From: Chiloscyllium plagiosum
Taxonomy: Eukaryota
DNA: 64,000 nt
NCBI RefSeq assembly: GCF_004010195.1
Contig: NC_057718.1
Coordinates: 62,154,981-62,218,980 of the forward strand
Reading direction: 5' to 3'
Within the stretch, counting starts at the first letter, position 1. Every line of letters starts with the position of its first letter. Positions 13,547 through 25,489 of the stretch are shown piece by piece. Under the pieces are notes generated by a model that was given only the letters and a program-made list of their open reading frames with translations, was not told where the DNA came from and did not search any database. The translations under genes were made by a program, and so were the position numbers.

Positions 13547-13663
13547 CTAATGAAACCGAACTGAACAGTGAGTCATGACTTGGAGGTGCTGGCATTGGAC
13601 TGGGGTGGACAAAGTTAAAAAGCACACCACACCAGGTTATAGTCCAACAGGTTTATTTGGAAG

Positions 13664-13698
13664 CACTAGTTTTCGGAGTGCAGCTCCTTCATCAGGTG
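13664..13698 (-). ncRNA. Minimal hammerhead ribozyme motif, core intact
   Basis: Reverse complement CAC-CTGATGA-A-GGAG-CTGCA-CTCC-GAAA-AC-TA-GTG. Confidence 0.75.
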
Positions 13699-13810
13699 GT
13701 TGTGGAGAATAAGAATTGCTCACCAAATTTATAGCCAAAGGAGCCCACTGTCATGGAGGTGTGATACAGTAAGCAATCTTAGATTAAAACTTTCATCTTT
13801 TATAATGGAA

Positions 13811-14104
13811 TTAGATTACTTACAGTGTGGAAACAGGCCCTTCGGCCCAACAAGTCCACACCGACCCGCCAAAGCACGACCCACCCAGACCCATTCCCCT
13901 ACATTTACCCCTTCACCTAACACTGCGGGCAATTTAGCATGGCCAATTCACCTAACCTGCACATTTTTGGACTGTGGGAGGAAACCGGAGCACCCGGAGG
14001 AAACCCACGCAGACACGGGGAGAATGTGCAAACTCCACACAGTCAGTCGCCTGAGGTGGGAAATGAACCCAGGTCTCTGGCGCTGTGAGTCACCGTACCA
14101 CCCA
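13811..14104 (-). mobile_element. HE1-type V-SINE
   Basis: V-domain 'gtgtggagtttgcacattctccccgtgtctgcgtgggtttcctccgggtgctccggtttcctcc' on the minus strand, tRNA head, TCTAA tail. Confidence 0.92.
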
Positions 14105-14160
14105 CTTCTTTGGTATGTAAATCCCAGAGCTTTTTTTAAAATTACATTCCCAAGATAGCT

Positions 14161-14195
14161 CAGCTGATGAAGGAGTGGCACTCTGAAAGCTAGTG
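14161..14195 (+). ncRNA. Minimal hammerhead ribozyme motif, core intact
   Basis: CAG-CTGATGA-A-GGAGT-GGC-ACTCT-GAAA-GC-TA-GTG, with palindromic AGCT in place of stem III. Confidence 0.72.
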
Positions 14196-14469
14196 CTTCA
14201 AAATAAACCTGTTGGACTATAATCTGGTGGTGGGATTTTTAACTCAACAGTGAGTATGTGTCTTTTTGACAGAAGTTATAGAAAGCTCACCATGCCTTGC
14301 ACACATCTCTCAATAGACCATGTTATATATGAAAATGTATGAATCAGTTTTGCAGATTTAGGTCAGCTGTTATGTCAAGTATCTTTAAATATGAATCTGC
14401 TAAATGTTCTTCTTCAGTAAAGAGTTAAAAATGACATTGAGGCTTTAACTCTACTTTTCTGTCTGACCC

Positions 14470-14800
14470 CATAACACTTCTCTCCCTTCCAAATCAAACA
14501 TTTGTGTAACTCAACTATGAATATATTCAATGACTTTTGCTCTCTAGAAGAGAATTCCAAAGACATATGATCCTAAGAAATTCCTCCTTATTTCGTCTGA
14601 ATGCCCTGCCTCCTCCACCACACCCCCTATATTGAAACTGCCTGCAACTTGTAGGTATTGCCGTGAGGGGAAGTGTCTGATCAACATCTATCCTGTAATG
14701 GCCTTCAGGATCTTTTATGTTTGGATAAGCTTCCCTCTCATTCTTCTAAACGTCAGTGAGGAAAGGCCTAACCTACTCACCCTTACCTCATAAAACTATG
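14470..14800 (-). mobile_element. Old CR1 3' relic
   Basis: 'agagaattccaaaga', 'cctctcattcttctaaac' match CR1 ORF2 3' end/UTR, as at 22060-22270. Confidence 0.6.
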
Positions 14801-15289
14801 GTTATGGAAACTCGCGTAGACCTTCAGCAATAAACACAATTAAGTCTCCTATTTTGAATGTGATCTGGAATCTGCAGTTGTAAAGGCGGGGTGGGAGTCA
14901 TATAGAAGTTAGGTTTGAAATTTTAGGAGGTATCTTGAAAATTAAATAAGTAGAATGTTTTAAGCCTGTCAAATATAAACATAATCAACTGGTAATGAAA
15001 CGAGATTGAAAGTGAGAAATGCTTAACATTTTTAAATCTTTGGGTGAAATCGTGTGCCTTTTCCTGTTATATTGGTCATCTGTAAATGCTCTTGACATCA
15101 CATCGCTGCCCAGATGCAAAGAATCTCTGAACCAATGCCTTTCAACCCAGCGTAATAATTGAAGTTGGTTAGTCTGATTTTCGGTCTATCAGTTGGTTTG
15201 TCAGAAAGTAGTTCTTTTTCAAACTTTTCTGAAATACTTTGTAATCTAGAAATCCATTTTTTTTTTGGCTAAATCCAGTAGACAATTTG

Positions 15290-15700
15290 GGAACGGGCTA
15301 GATTGGGAATTGTAATGTCAGTGTGGGGAGAGAGGTCGCATTCCCATACAGCTTGCATTTGGTACACGGTGCAGCTCCAGCCTGCCCATGGCATACAGCC
15401 AATTGCTGCTGATTACCTCAGCGGCCAGCAGTCGGCGCTAATAGATTACAACTAAACACATGGTTCGTCGTGACAGTGACAATAATGAGTAATAATTATA
15501 AAGTCTTTGGTTAATTAGAATATCCTGTTGCATGTAGCCATTGAGGTGGGCCATTTTTCTTTAATTACACTTAAAACTTGTATAAATTGTATCTTTAATA
15601 AAATAACTTGACAATATTCTGAAGAAATTAGTCTCATTTCCTATCTCTACATCAATATCTATTACCATTCCATATTGTTCAGCAGCCAGATGCTCTGGAT
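15290..15700. promoter_or_regulatory. Candidate conserved non-coding element (enhancer-like)
   Basis: No recognisable repeat; retained CpGs; clustered TAAT/ATTA, TGACAG, TGATTA and ACAAT motifs. Conservation not tested. Confidence 0.4.
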
Positions 15701-15809
15701 TCAAGCCTACATTTCTGACTTATCAAATCGTCCAGTTAATATTTTATTACTACCAAATCTAACAAGCAACACTGTGAAGCTGTACAATCAGGAACTGGCT
15801 TCAACTAGG

Positions 15810-16290
15810 TTAGAAACAAAAAGAAACTGCAGATGCTGGAATCCAAGGTAGACAAGCAGGAAGCTGGAAGAACACAGCAAGCCAGGCAGCATCAGGAGGT
15901 GGAGAAGTCAATGTTTCGGTGTAACCCTTCTTCGGGACGGAGTGGGGATGGCAGGTTGGAAGTGGGCGTTGAAGGGGAGCTGCAGATAAAGGGGGTGGGT
16001 GGAGGCAGGGTGGTGAGGAAGAGGGGGAGGGCTCCTCTCAAAGACCCACTCCTCTCATGGACAGTCTTTCTAGCAACCAACTGGATTAATTCCTCCAACT
16101 GACCAACCAGGTCATACCCTCTACATGTGTTCACCTATCCACACCTCACCATCCTGCCCCGGTGCTCCCTTTATCTGCAGCTCCCACTACACCCTCCCCC
16201 AGTCCTGAAGAAGAGTTACACCCAAACGTTGACTTCTCCACCTCTTGATGCTGTGTTCTTCTGACCTCTTGCTTGTCTACCTTGGATTCA
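15810..16290. mobile_element. PLE fold-back (family C)
   Basis: Arms ~15823-16020(-) and 16145-16290(+). Degenerate hammerhead AGTC-CTGAAGA..AAACGTT-GACT at 16201-16234. Imperfect TSD TGG[C/A]TTCAAC[T/G]AGG (15796-15809 / 16283-16296). Confidence 0.82.
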
Positions 16291-16929
16291 ACGAGGGCAG
16301 CCCTGAAAATCTTATTTTTCCTGGGTATTTTATTTCTGTGAATGAATGATACGAAAGAAAATGTACAAGATAACAAATCTGATAATACGAGATGTGAGAA
16401 ATGTCATGGTTACTTTATTGGAAGAAGAATTCATCAGCAAGTGATAATAATGTTAGAGATAAGCTATAAGTCTGTGAAATAAGGTTGAAGTACAAACATT
16501 TGGAGAAGAATTAAAGGAAAGCTATGTAATAGTGACAGGGTGCTGCAGAAAAGCCACTTCCTTTGCTTGCGTTCACCCTTAAGGCCAACATTTTAAAATG
16601 TTAATTTTGGCAGTAATAACATTCTTAAGTAGCTCTAAGTTTGACTGAATTGTTTTGAACATGGTTTCTAAACAAGACCTACAATTATTTAGAATATGTT
16701 TAATTCTACTTGGTAATACTGGTGTATGAAATCCAGGATTCCAACAGTGCTTCTACCAATTCCAGTTATTTGCTGCTTCCATGTGAATATTTGAAGCAAA
16801 TCTGTAAGCCCTCTGTGAATCACTAGTTCTTGCTTTAGCACAAAGATAAAGGGAACTGCACCTTTTTTTTTCACTTTATAACCACTTTTGACAGGTAAAT
16901 TAGACTTTAGCAAAAAACACTGGCGTGAA

Positions 16930-19928
16930 ATAACTAATGCAGCAGGGGGATGGGAACCTGAATAGTAGTTCCATTGTACAAGAGGTTGAGGGTAATGAGG
17001 TCAGGGATAGGTTTGCAAGGTCATGAGAGGACACCAGCAATTAGGATGTTGGTTTGAAATGTGTGTACTTCATTGCCAGGAGCATCCGGAATAAGTTGGA
17101 TGAACTTGCAGCATGGGTTGGTACCTGGGATTTCAATGTTGTGGCCATTTCAGAGATATGGCTAGAGGAGGGACAAGAATGGTTGTTGCAGATTCTGGGA
17201 TTTAGATGTTTCAGTAAGAACAGAGATGATTGTAAAAGGTGTGCTGGGGTGGCGGTGGGGTGGGGAATGGGGTGGGATGGAGGTGTGGCGAGGTTAATCA
17301 AGGGTAGTATTACAGCAGCTGAGAGAACTTTTGAGGACTCATCCACTGAGGTAGTTTGGGCTGAGGTTAGAAACAGGAAAGGAGAGGTCACCCTGTTGGA
17401 GTTTTCCATAGGCCTCTGAATTGTTCCAGGGATGTAGAGGAAAGGATAGCAAAGATGATTCTCGATAGGAGCGAGAGTAACGGGGTAGTTGTAATAGGGG
17501 ACTTTAACTTCCCCAATATTGACTGGGAATATTATAGTTCAACAAGTTTAGATGGGTCAGTTTTTGTTCAATGTGTGCAGGAGGATTTTCTGACACAGTA
17601 TGTAGACAAGCCAACAAAGGGAGATGCCATATTGGATTTGGTACTAGGAAATGAACCCGGCAAGGTGTTAGATTTGAAGGTAGGTGAGCACTTTGGCTAT
17701 AGTGACCATAATTCGATTATGTTTACAATAGCAATGGGCAGGGATGGGTATATAACACACGGAAAGAGGTATAACTGGGGGAAAGGCCATTATGATGCAA
17801 TTAGGCAAGATTTAGGATGCATCGAATGGGGAAGGAAACTGCAGGGGATGGACACACTTGAAATGTGGAGCTTACTCAAGGAACAGCTACTGTAGGTCCT
17901 TGATAATTATATATCTATCAGGCAGGGAGGTAGTTGTTGAGAGAGGGAGCCATGGTTTACTAAAGAAGTTGAAGCTCTTGTCAATAGGAAGAGGAAGACT
18001 TATGTGAGGGTGAGGCATGAAGGCTCAGTTAGAGGGCTTGAGAGATGTAAGTTAGCCAGAAAAGATCTAAAGAGAGGGCTAAGAAGTGCCAGGAGGGGAT
18101 ATGAGAAGTTGTTGGCGGATAGGATCAAGGAAAAGATAGGATCAAGGAAAGGCCTTATAGAGGTATATCAGGAATAAAAGAATGACTAGAGTAAGATTAG
18201 GGTCAATCTTAGATAGTAGTGGAAAGTTGTGTGTAGAATCTGAGGACATAGGGGAAGCGCTTAATGAATACTTTTCGCCAGTATTCACCTTGAAAAAGAG
18301 AAATGTTAGTGAGAATATGGAGATACAGGCTACTAGATTAGATGGGATCGAGGTTGACAAAGAGGAGGTTTTAGCAATTTTGGAAGATCTGAAATTAGAT
18401 AAGATCCCAGGGCCAGATAGGATTTATCCTCTGATTCTCTGGGAAGCCAGGGAGGAAATTGAAGAGCCTTTAGCTTCAATCTTTATGTCATCATTGTCAA
18501 CAGGATTAGTGCCAGAAGACTGGAGGATAGCAAATGTTGTTCCTTTGTTTAAGAAGGGAAGTCGGAACAACTCTAGGCCAGTGAACCTTACTTCGGTTGT
18601 GGGTAAGGTTTTGGAAAAGGTTATAAGAGGATTTATAATCATCTGGATAGGAATGATCTGATTAGGGATAGTCAACATGGTTTTGTGAAGGGAAGGTCGT
18701 GTATCACTAACCTTATTGAGTTCTTTGAGAAGGTGCCAAAACAAGTGGATGAAGGTAAAGCGGTTGATGTGGTGTATATGGACTTCAGTAAGGCATTTGG
18801 TAAGGTTCCCCACGGTAGGCTATTGCACAAAATAAGGAGTTTTGGGATTGAAGATGATTTAGCAGTTTGGATCAGAAATTGGCTAGCTGAAAGAAGACAG
18901 AAGGTGGTGGTTGATGGGAAATGCTCATCCTGGAGCTCAGTTACCAGTGGTGTGATGCAAGAATCTGTTTTGGGACCACTGCTGTTCGTCATTTTTATAA
19001 ATGATCTGGATGTTTGGTAGAAGGATGGGTTAGTAAATTTGCAGATGACACTAAGGTAGGCAGAGTTTTGGATAGTGCTGAAGGATGTTGTGGATTACAG
19101 AGGGACATATATAAGATGCAGAACTGCGCTGAGAAGTAGCAAATTGAGTTTAATGCAGAAAAGTGTGAGGTAGTTCACTTTGGAAGAAGTAACAGGAATG
19201 CAGAGTACTGGGCTAATGGTAAAATTCTTGGCAGTGTAGATGATCAGAGACATCTCGGTATCCAGGTGCATAAATCCACCCAGTTTGATAGGATTGTTAA
19301 GAAGGTATATGGTGTGTCGGTGTTTCTTGGTAGGGGGATTGAGTTTTGGAGCCACAAGGTCATGCTTCAGCTGTACAAGACACTGGTAAGGCCACACTTG
19401 GAGTATTGCGTGCAGATTTGGTCACCGCATTATAGGAAGGATGTGGAAGCTTTGAAAGGGGTTCAGAGGAAATTTACTAGGATGTTACCAGTATGGAAGG
19501 AAGATCTTATGAGGAAAGGCTGAAGGAACTGAAGCTGTTTCATTGGAGAGAAGTTTGAGCAGTGACTTAATTGAGGCCTATAAGATAATCAGAGGGTTAG
19601 ATAAGGTGGACAGTGAGAGCCTTTTCCCTGGGATGGTGAAGGTTAACACGAGGAGACATAGCTTTAAATTGAGGGATGATAGATTTAGGACAGATAGATT
19701 TAGGGTAATTTCTTCACTCAGAGATTAGTAGGGGGCGGGAACGGCCTGCCTGCAACAGTAGTACACTCGCCAACATTAAGGGCATTTAAATGGGCATTGG
19801 ATAGACATATGGATAATAATGGAACGGTGTAGGTTAGATGGGCATCAGATTATTTTCACAGGTTGGTGCAACATCGAGGGCTGAAGGGCTTGTACTGCAC
19901 TGTAACATTCTATGTTTTATGTTCTATG
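16930..19928 (+). mobile_element. CR1/HER1 LINE with near-complete decayed ORF2
   Basis: APE (SIRNKLDEL, GDFNFP, SDH), RT (KGRSCITNL, DFSKAF.KVPH, LGPLLF), C-terminus and TCTATGT-type tail. Confidence 0.95.
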
Positions 19929-20347
19929 AAATATAAACTTGTGCAGCTGTCACAAGTTGGAGTCGGTAAGGACAGATTTCCATTTTCTTTAAGTTACCGG
20001 GATGTCTCCCAGTCAAGTAATTATAATGATTATGGTAGTATATGATATTAGACTAGTTTACATTACAATGTCTTTAATGAAAACAGGGTCTGGCAGGTGC
20101 ATGGGGAGAAATGGGGTTGGGGGCGGGGGAGGTGGCAATGCAAACCTGAGGAAAAAAGCACTGAAGCCCAACAGGTGAAAACAGCAGGGGGAGTCAGCAA
20201 GTCAGTTTGTGAAAGTCAGTGAGAACACCGACCAAATAAACAAAGTATTGAGCATTATGAATTCTCAAGTAACTGATTGATAGTTCAAAGAGCACCACCA
20301 AGAGGAGTGTGTAGCTGAGCTCTGGGACACATTAACAGCATAGTAAA

Positions 20348-20493
20348 CATGATGTGGAAGTGCAGGTGTTGGACTGGGGTGGACAAAGTTAAAAATCACA
20401 CAACACCAGGTTACCTGATGAAGGAGCAGCACTCCAAAAGCTAGTACTTCCAAATAAACCTGTGGAACTATAACCTGGTGTTGTGTAATTTTT
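20348..20493. mobile_element. PLE fold-back micro-insertion (family B)
   Basis: Perfect 11-bp TSD AGCATAGTAAA (20337-20347 / 20494-20504). Right arm starts at hammerhead 'cctgatgaaggagcagcactccaaaagcta'. Confidence 0.88.
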
Positions 20494-20659
20494 AGCATAG
20501 TAAATATCAGTGCCAGGGAGCAAGATTAAAAACAAACAAAAATATAATCAGCATGAGAAGGATGAAGTAAGCAAATGAATAAGAATATTAAAACATCTAT
20601 TGTAGGTGCAGTAAACAAACAGTTTAAAGAAGGTAGACAGGAAAGAGATTTAGATTATA

Positions 20660-21860
20660 AATGGAAAGCTAGAACTGTTGCTTTCAATTTCTGCACCATG
20701 TGGGAACTTCAGAACACTTTGTGCATCTTCGGGAACAGATGTAAAGGAAATATATCCAGCTCAAGCTCAGGATTTTTGAGTTTGAGGGAACAGCTGGAGT
20801 CACTGCGGACCGTCAGAAAGGATGAGTGTTCCCCGGATCACAGCAAGGAGACGGTCATCCCATAGACAGTAAAGGGAAGTAGATGGGTGGCAATCCCAAA
20901 GAGTAGGAAGAGGCAGGACATACTGGAGTTGTGCCGAATTCAAATTGATACTTCGCCATGGAAACCGCTGGGAGTGATCAAACCTTGAATGAGTGCAGTC
21001 CTGACCATGACAAAAATGGAACTGCAGTCATTATAGAAATGTTCATAGTTAGACGACAGACAGGCTTTTTTGTGACTCACGAGTCCTATATGGTGCATTA
21101 GTTCCCTGGTACCAGTGTAAAGGGCAGCATAAAGAGGGTGTGGAATATTGTGTAAGAAATAGTGAGCCATGATGCATGTTAGTACCAATGTCAAAAAGAG
21201 GCACGTGTTTAAGTCGAAAACTCAGATTTTCAGGAGCTAAGAAAGTAGTTTAAAAAATAGGATCTTGAAGGTTGTAATCTCTCAATTGCTCCCAGTACCA
21301 TGTGCTAGTAGAAGTAGAAATAGAAAATTAAGATGATCAATATGGTGCAGGGGAAGGCATCTGGATTCTTAGGGCACAGGCACTAGTCTGGGCCAGGAGG
21401 AAGGGGCCAGATTGTGGTGCTGGAAAGGCACAGCAAGTCAGGCAGCATCTGAGGAGCAGGAGAGTCGACTTTTCAGGTGAAATGTCTACTCTCCAGCTCC
21501 TCTGATGCTGCCTGACCTGTGCTCTTCCAGCACCACACTCTTGACTAATCTCCAGCTGGAGTCCTCACTTTCACCTGGGCCAGGAGGTCGCTCTTCAACA
21601 GGAATGGTCTGCTTAACAACGTGTCCTCCATGGGTGGATTAACGTATATAGTTGGGGAGGGTTTAAACCAAATTGGCAGGAGTCTGGGCACTAACATATT
21701 GACGTAGAAGAGAGATTAAGTGTATAAGCCAGAGAGGGTTGGATGGTGCAAGGATGACAGTGGTACCATATCAGACAGAAGTAGACTAAGAGGAACTACG
21801 TGGTACATACAGACAGGTTTAAAATGTATGTACATAAATGACCATGAGTTAAGAGCAGAA
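20660..21860 (+). mobile_element. Decayed CR1 5' region (ORF1 zinc-finger/esterase-type, start of ORF2)
   Basis: 'C.FCTMWEL...C' N-terminal motif, 'LREQLESLR', 'ggggagggtttaaac' and 'LKCMYIN' typical of the CR1 ORF1-ORF2 junction. Confidence 0.6.
21401..21574. mobile_element. PLE fold-back micro-insertion (family A)
   Basis: Arms meet at 'cttttcaggtgaaatgtc' (hammerhead GAAA). 13-bp direct repeat CTGGGCCAGGAGG (21388-21400 / 21575-21587). Confidence 0.85.
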
Positions 21861-21869
21861 AAAGTTCCC

Positions 21870-22925
21870 TCAGTCAATCATGTCTGCTCTGCCATTCAGT
21901 GAGATCATGCCCGATCGCATTTATCTCCAACTCCACTTTCCGGCTTTTACCCAAGCCCCACAATTTCTTTACTGATTTAAAAATGCCTCTATTTAAAATG
22001 CCTGTATCAGCCTTGCATATTCTAATGACCCAACAGTCCTCAATGGTAAAGAATTCCACAGATTAACTACCCTTTGAGGGAAGAAATTCCTCCTTACCTG
22101 TGTCTTAAACAGGTGACCTGGTTATTCTGAGATAATTGCTTCTGGTCCTAGATTCTGCCACAAGGAATGCAATTTGATTCCATCTACTCTGTCAAGTCTC
22201 GAAAAATCTTTATGGTTCAGTAATATTGCCTCTCATTTTTCTAAACTCCAGCAAGTTCAGGCCCAACCTACTCAATTTCTCCTCATAAGAAAACTTCTCC
22301 ATACTAAGATCAACCTTTTGAAATTGCTCAGCACTGCCTACCATGTCAATATATCTTTCCTTAGAAAAAGGGGATTAAAACAGTTCACATATTCTAGGTG
22401 TGGTCTGACTGATGCCTTATATAATTTTAACAGACTTCCCTATTTATATACTTCATTCCCTTTGAAATAAAGGTCAAAATTCTATTTGTCTGTCCTAATA
22501 TCTACTGAAAATGTATGCTTATGTACACAAGCCTCCAAATCCCTCTGTGTCAGCTTTCTGCAGTTTTTCATTTAAATACTATTTTTCCTGCCAAAAAGCA
22601 TAACCTTTCATTTTTCCACATTATATTTCATCTGCCAAGATTTCGCTTGCTCACCTGTCTATACCCCTCTGCAGACACTTTGTTATCCTCTCTATTTGAC
22701 GTTCCACTGATATTTGTGTCATCTGCAAATTTGGTAGTACATTCACCTCTCTGATTAGTCATTAATGTGTATTGCCAGTAATTACAGCTTCTGCACGGTC
22801 CCTATGGTACTCCATTAGGTACAACTTGCCATCCAGCTCTCATCTTTTGTTCGTTAGCAAGTCCCTTTTCCATGCTGATATACGACGCCCCCCCCCAACA
22901 ACACCATGGGCTCTTATTAATTAAT
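21870..22925 (-). mobile_element. Old CR1 3' fragment
   Basis: CR1 3'UTR and RT motifs ('gtgtcatctgcaaa' reads FADD on the minus strand). Confidence 0.8.
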
Positions 22926-24071
22926 CAGGAGAAAGCTCTCCTTGTATATGTGGCAAGTGCTACAATCCAGACAGGACTGTTTGACACTCAATTCCATATA
23001 TGAGAATTGGGTACAGGAGGAAATGGTTAACTGTAAAATAGTAATTGGTCCTAATTACAAACTACAACCTATATTTATTTTGTGTTCACTTTTGCTGATT
23101 GTGAATCTTTGCACATGTCCGAATGCTTGCCTATATGCGATGTTCCCTTATGGGCCATAACAAGATAGGTGTCTCCAGTTAACATTGGAGACGTGGTAGC
23201 AGTGACTTGAGATTGTGACTACTTGGGATGCAGCTAAACTAAACTAAATGACAATTAAACTGTATAGCCTGGTGTTAAACACTGAGTAAGATGAGAGAAT
23301 GAAGTTGTATGGGGGAGAGAATGTCAGCTATACTACCTATATGCTGTGAGCAGCATGAATTTGTGGCAGCTGTGCCTTTATGTTGCTGGAGAAGGGAATC
23401 ATTGGATTGACAACATTTGACCAAGTGGAAAGCAGTCTGAAAGATTACACATGCTAGGAATGCCACAGTTTCAGCTGACATCCTTGAGTGATGAGTTCTT
23501 CTTGCAACAGTGGGCAATTGAATGAGGCTAGAATCAAGAAGGGTGCCTTAAGGTTAAGATAGGTAGATAATGAAGCAAATTTGGTAAGTTGCACCAAGAG
23601 TTCTTGCCAGGCTTCACAGAAAGAAACCTCCATGAAACTCAACAAAACTGACTCTTAGCCAGAAAAAGTAAGATTCAATCCTACAAGATGGTGGTCAGCC
23701 TCCCCTAATAACATCCCAACCATAATAACCACAGAAAAGAGCTCCACCAACGTTGTTGCAGATATACATCCAGTAGTCTGCTGTGATCGGTGTAAATCAC
23801 CAATTGGCTATACAGCCACTGATCAGAGCGATTTGTTGAACTCGGTGAACATGTAATAGAGCAATACCACAGGAAGCAATGTGAGAAAGTTTATGACCTA
23901 AAAGACCAAAATTAAAATGCAAAAAACAAATCACATGCACCAAAACATGAACACAATTCTTTGTTTATATGGAATTCTTCAATTGCAGAGAAAATAAGGT
24001 ACCAGTTATCCAAAACTAAATAAAGCAGAACATACACAGTTCTCTGCAACAAGTATTGAAGTAAAGCATAG

Positions 24072-24192
24072 GAGGGGTCTTGTGGTGCAATGGTAGTATC
24101 CCTGTGTCTGGTCTAGGAGGGTAAGTTTCAAGTCCCACCTGCTCAAAAGGTGTATTACAACATCTCTGAGCAAGTTGATTTAAAAATATCTA
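24072..24192 (+). mobile_element. Short tRNA-derived SINE
   Basis: A-box-like TGGTGCAATGG and B-box-like TTTCAAGTCC. Confidence 0.6.
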
Positions 24193-24344
24193 AATAAAGC
24201 ATGTTGTGTGATTGTCCAATTATAAACTGACATTCAGCTGCAGCATATTGCATTCAATTGGTCAATGTGTTCCACAAATGCTACTTCATTAGCTGTAATG
24301 GTTAATTTAATTGTTGATGGTGACTGTGCACTAGTCTCCTTTGG

Positions 24345-24462
24345 ATATTTTCCTCATCAACCTGTTTAGGAATTTTACTACACATCTCTGAAGCAGGTGG
24401 GACTTGGCATGCAGGTCTTCTGACTCAGAGGTGGGAACACTTCCACTATGCCACAAGCAGCT
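24345..24462 (-). mobile_element. Short tRNA-derived SINE, same family, inverted
   Basis: Reverse complement 'cttgtggcatagtgg...caagtcccacctgct...aggttgat' matches 24072-24192. Confidence 0.6.
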
Positions 24463-25489
24463 TCTTTACTAGTCTCCATTATTATTGGTGATGGTGATAC
24501 TCTCATTTAAGGAACATTACACAAAGATTTCTGTATATGTCTGTAAGGTAATAGGAGACCGCCTGCAATTTTGTTGTAACATCCATCCATGAGTTCAGCC
24601 CTGCTGTCTTCTAGAACTCACATGTCCATGGATTTTCCAATAAGTAATTAAGTAGTGATCATGACATTGATTCTTACAGTTTACAAACTTGACTAGAAAT
24701 ATGAGGCATGTACTGAATGGGTAGATCTCTTCCTCTGAGGTCTGGTGAGAACAAATTTCTCCACTATCTTAGCTTCTTGATAACTAAGATATTAATTTGC
24801 ACAAATGCTTGCAATATTATGGGTGAAGCCTATCCATGTTGATCACCTCATGAGAAGTCTCAGTATTATGCAGTCTGACTTTTTGTTAAATATCTAGCAT
24901 TAGGGTGAAGCCTGACCAGGTCCACAAACCTGCCCACACTGGCTGATGGAGCAAACCTGACTGGGACAGGCAAGTGGGCCTGAACTCAAAAGTGGGCTCA
25001 ACTCGGAAGGCCATTTTTTCTGGTTGTGTCCTTCTCCTATTCTGAGATATCAGATGTGCATAGATCTTGTTCTGATGAGAAGTCAGTGTCCTAATTGTGC
25101 ATAAGTTGCTGAATGATGTTGTGTCTTTTATGTTTTAAGTCTGAACCCTGGTAGGTGCAACAGCAGAACTACTAAGATGCCACTAGTGCTTCATTGGTAG
25201 CTGCAATGAAGTGACAAATATTAAATGCACGTGAAGTATTAGATGCAGATGTCTGGCACCCAGTTTTGTTTGTAGCACTTTACAAAGCTAGCTCAGGCAG
25301 GATCATGAAGCATTGAGTAAATGGTGGTTTATGACTTGGCGAAGCGCAGTAGATCATTCATTGTCTTGCAGCACTGGAGTCAGGTTCTCTCGAGCTGCAC
25401 AGGGACACTGACCTCTACAGTCACTCTGACCAGCCTTCCTTCATTTGTCAGATTGGCCTCCTGTTGCAATTTAGAGGTTTTCTTCATCT

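Larger units (their letters stand above)
13574..14240. mobile_element. PLE fold-back (family B) with nested HE1 SINE
   Basis: Tailed arm on the minus strand from 13574, tail-less arm 14161-14244. 15-bp TSD AACT[G/C]AACAGTGAGT (13559-13573 / 14241-14255). Confidence 0.88.

Noticed and set aside
23300..23900. Possible very old PLE RT relic on the minus strand ('SFVEFHG')
   Set aside because: Single weak motif; cannot be supported without a profile search.
25065..25100. 'gttctgatgagaagtca' and 27493 'gtctgaagaaggg' as hammerheads
   Set aside because: Only the 5' half of the core survives; no stem II or GAAA.
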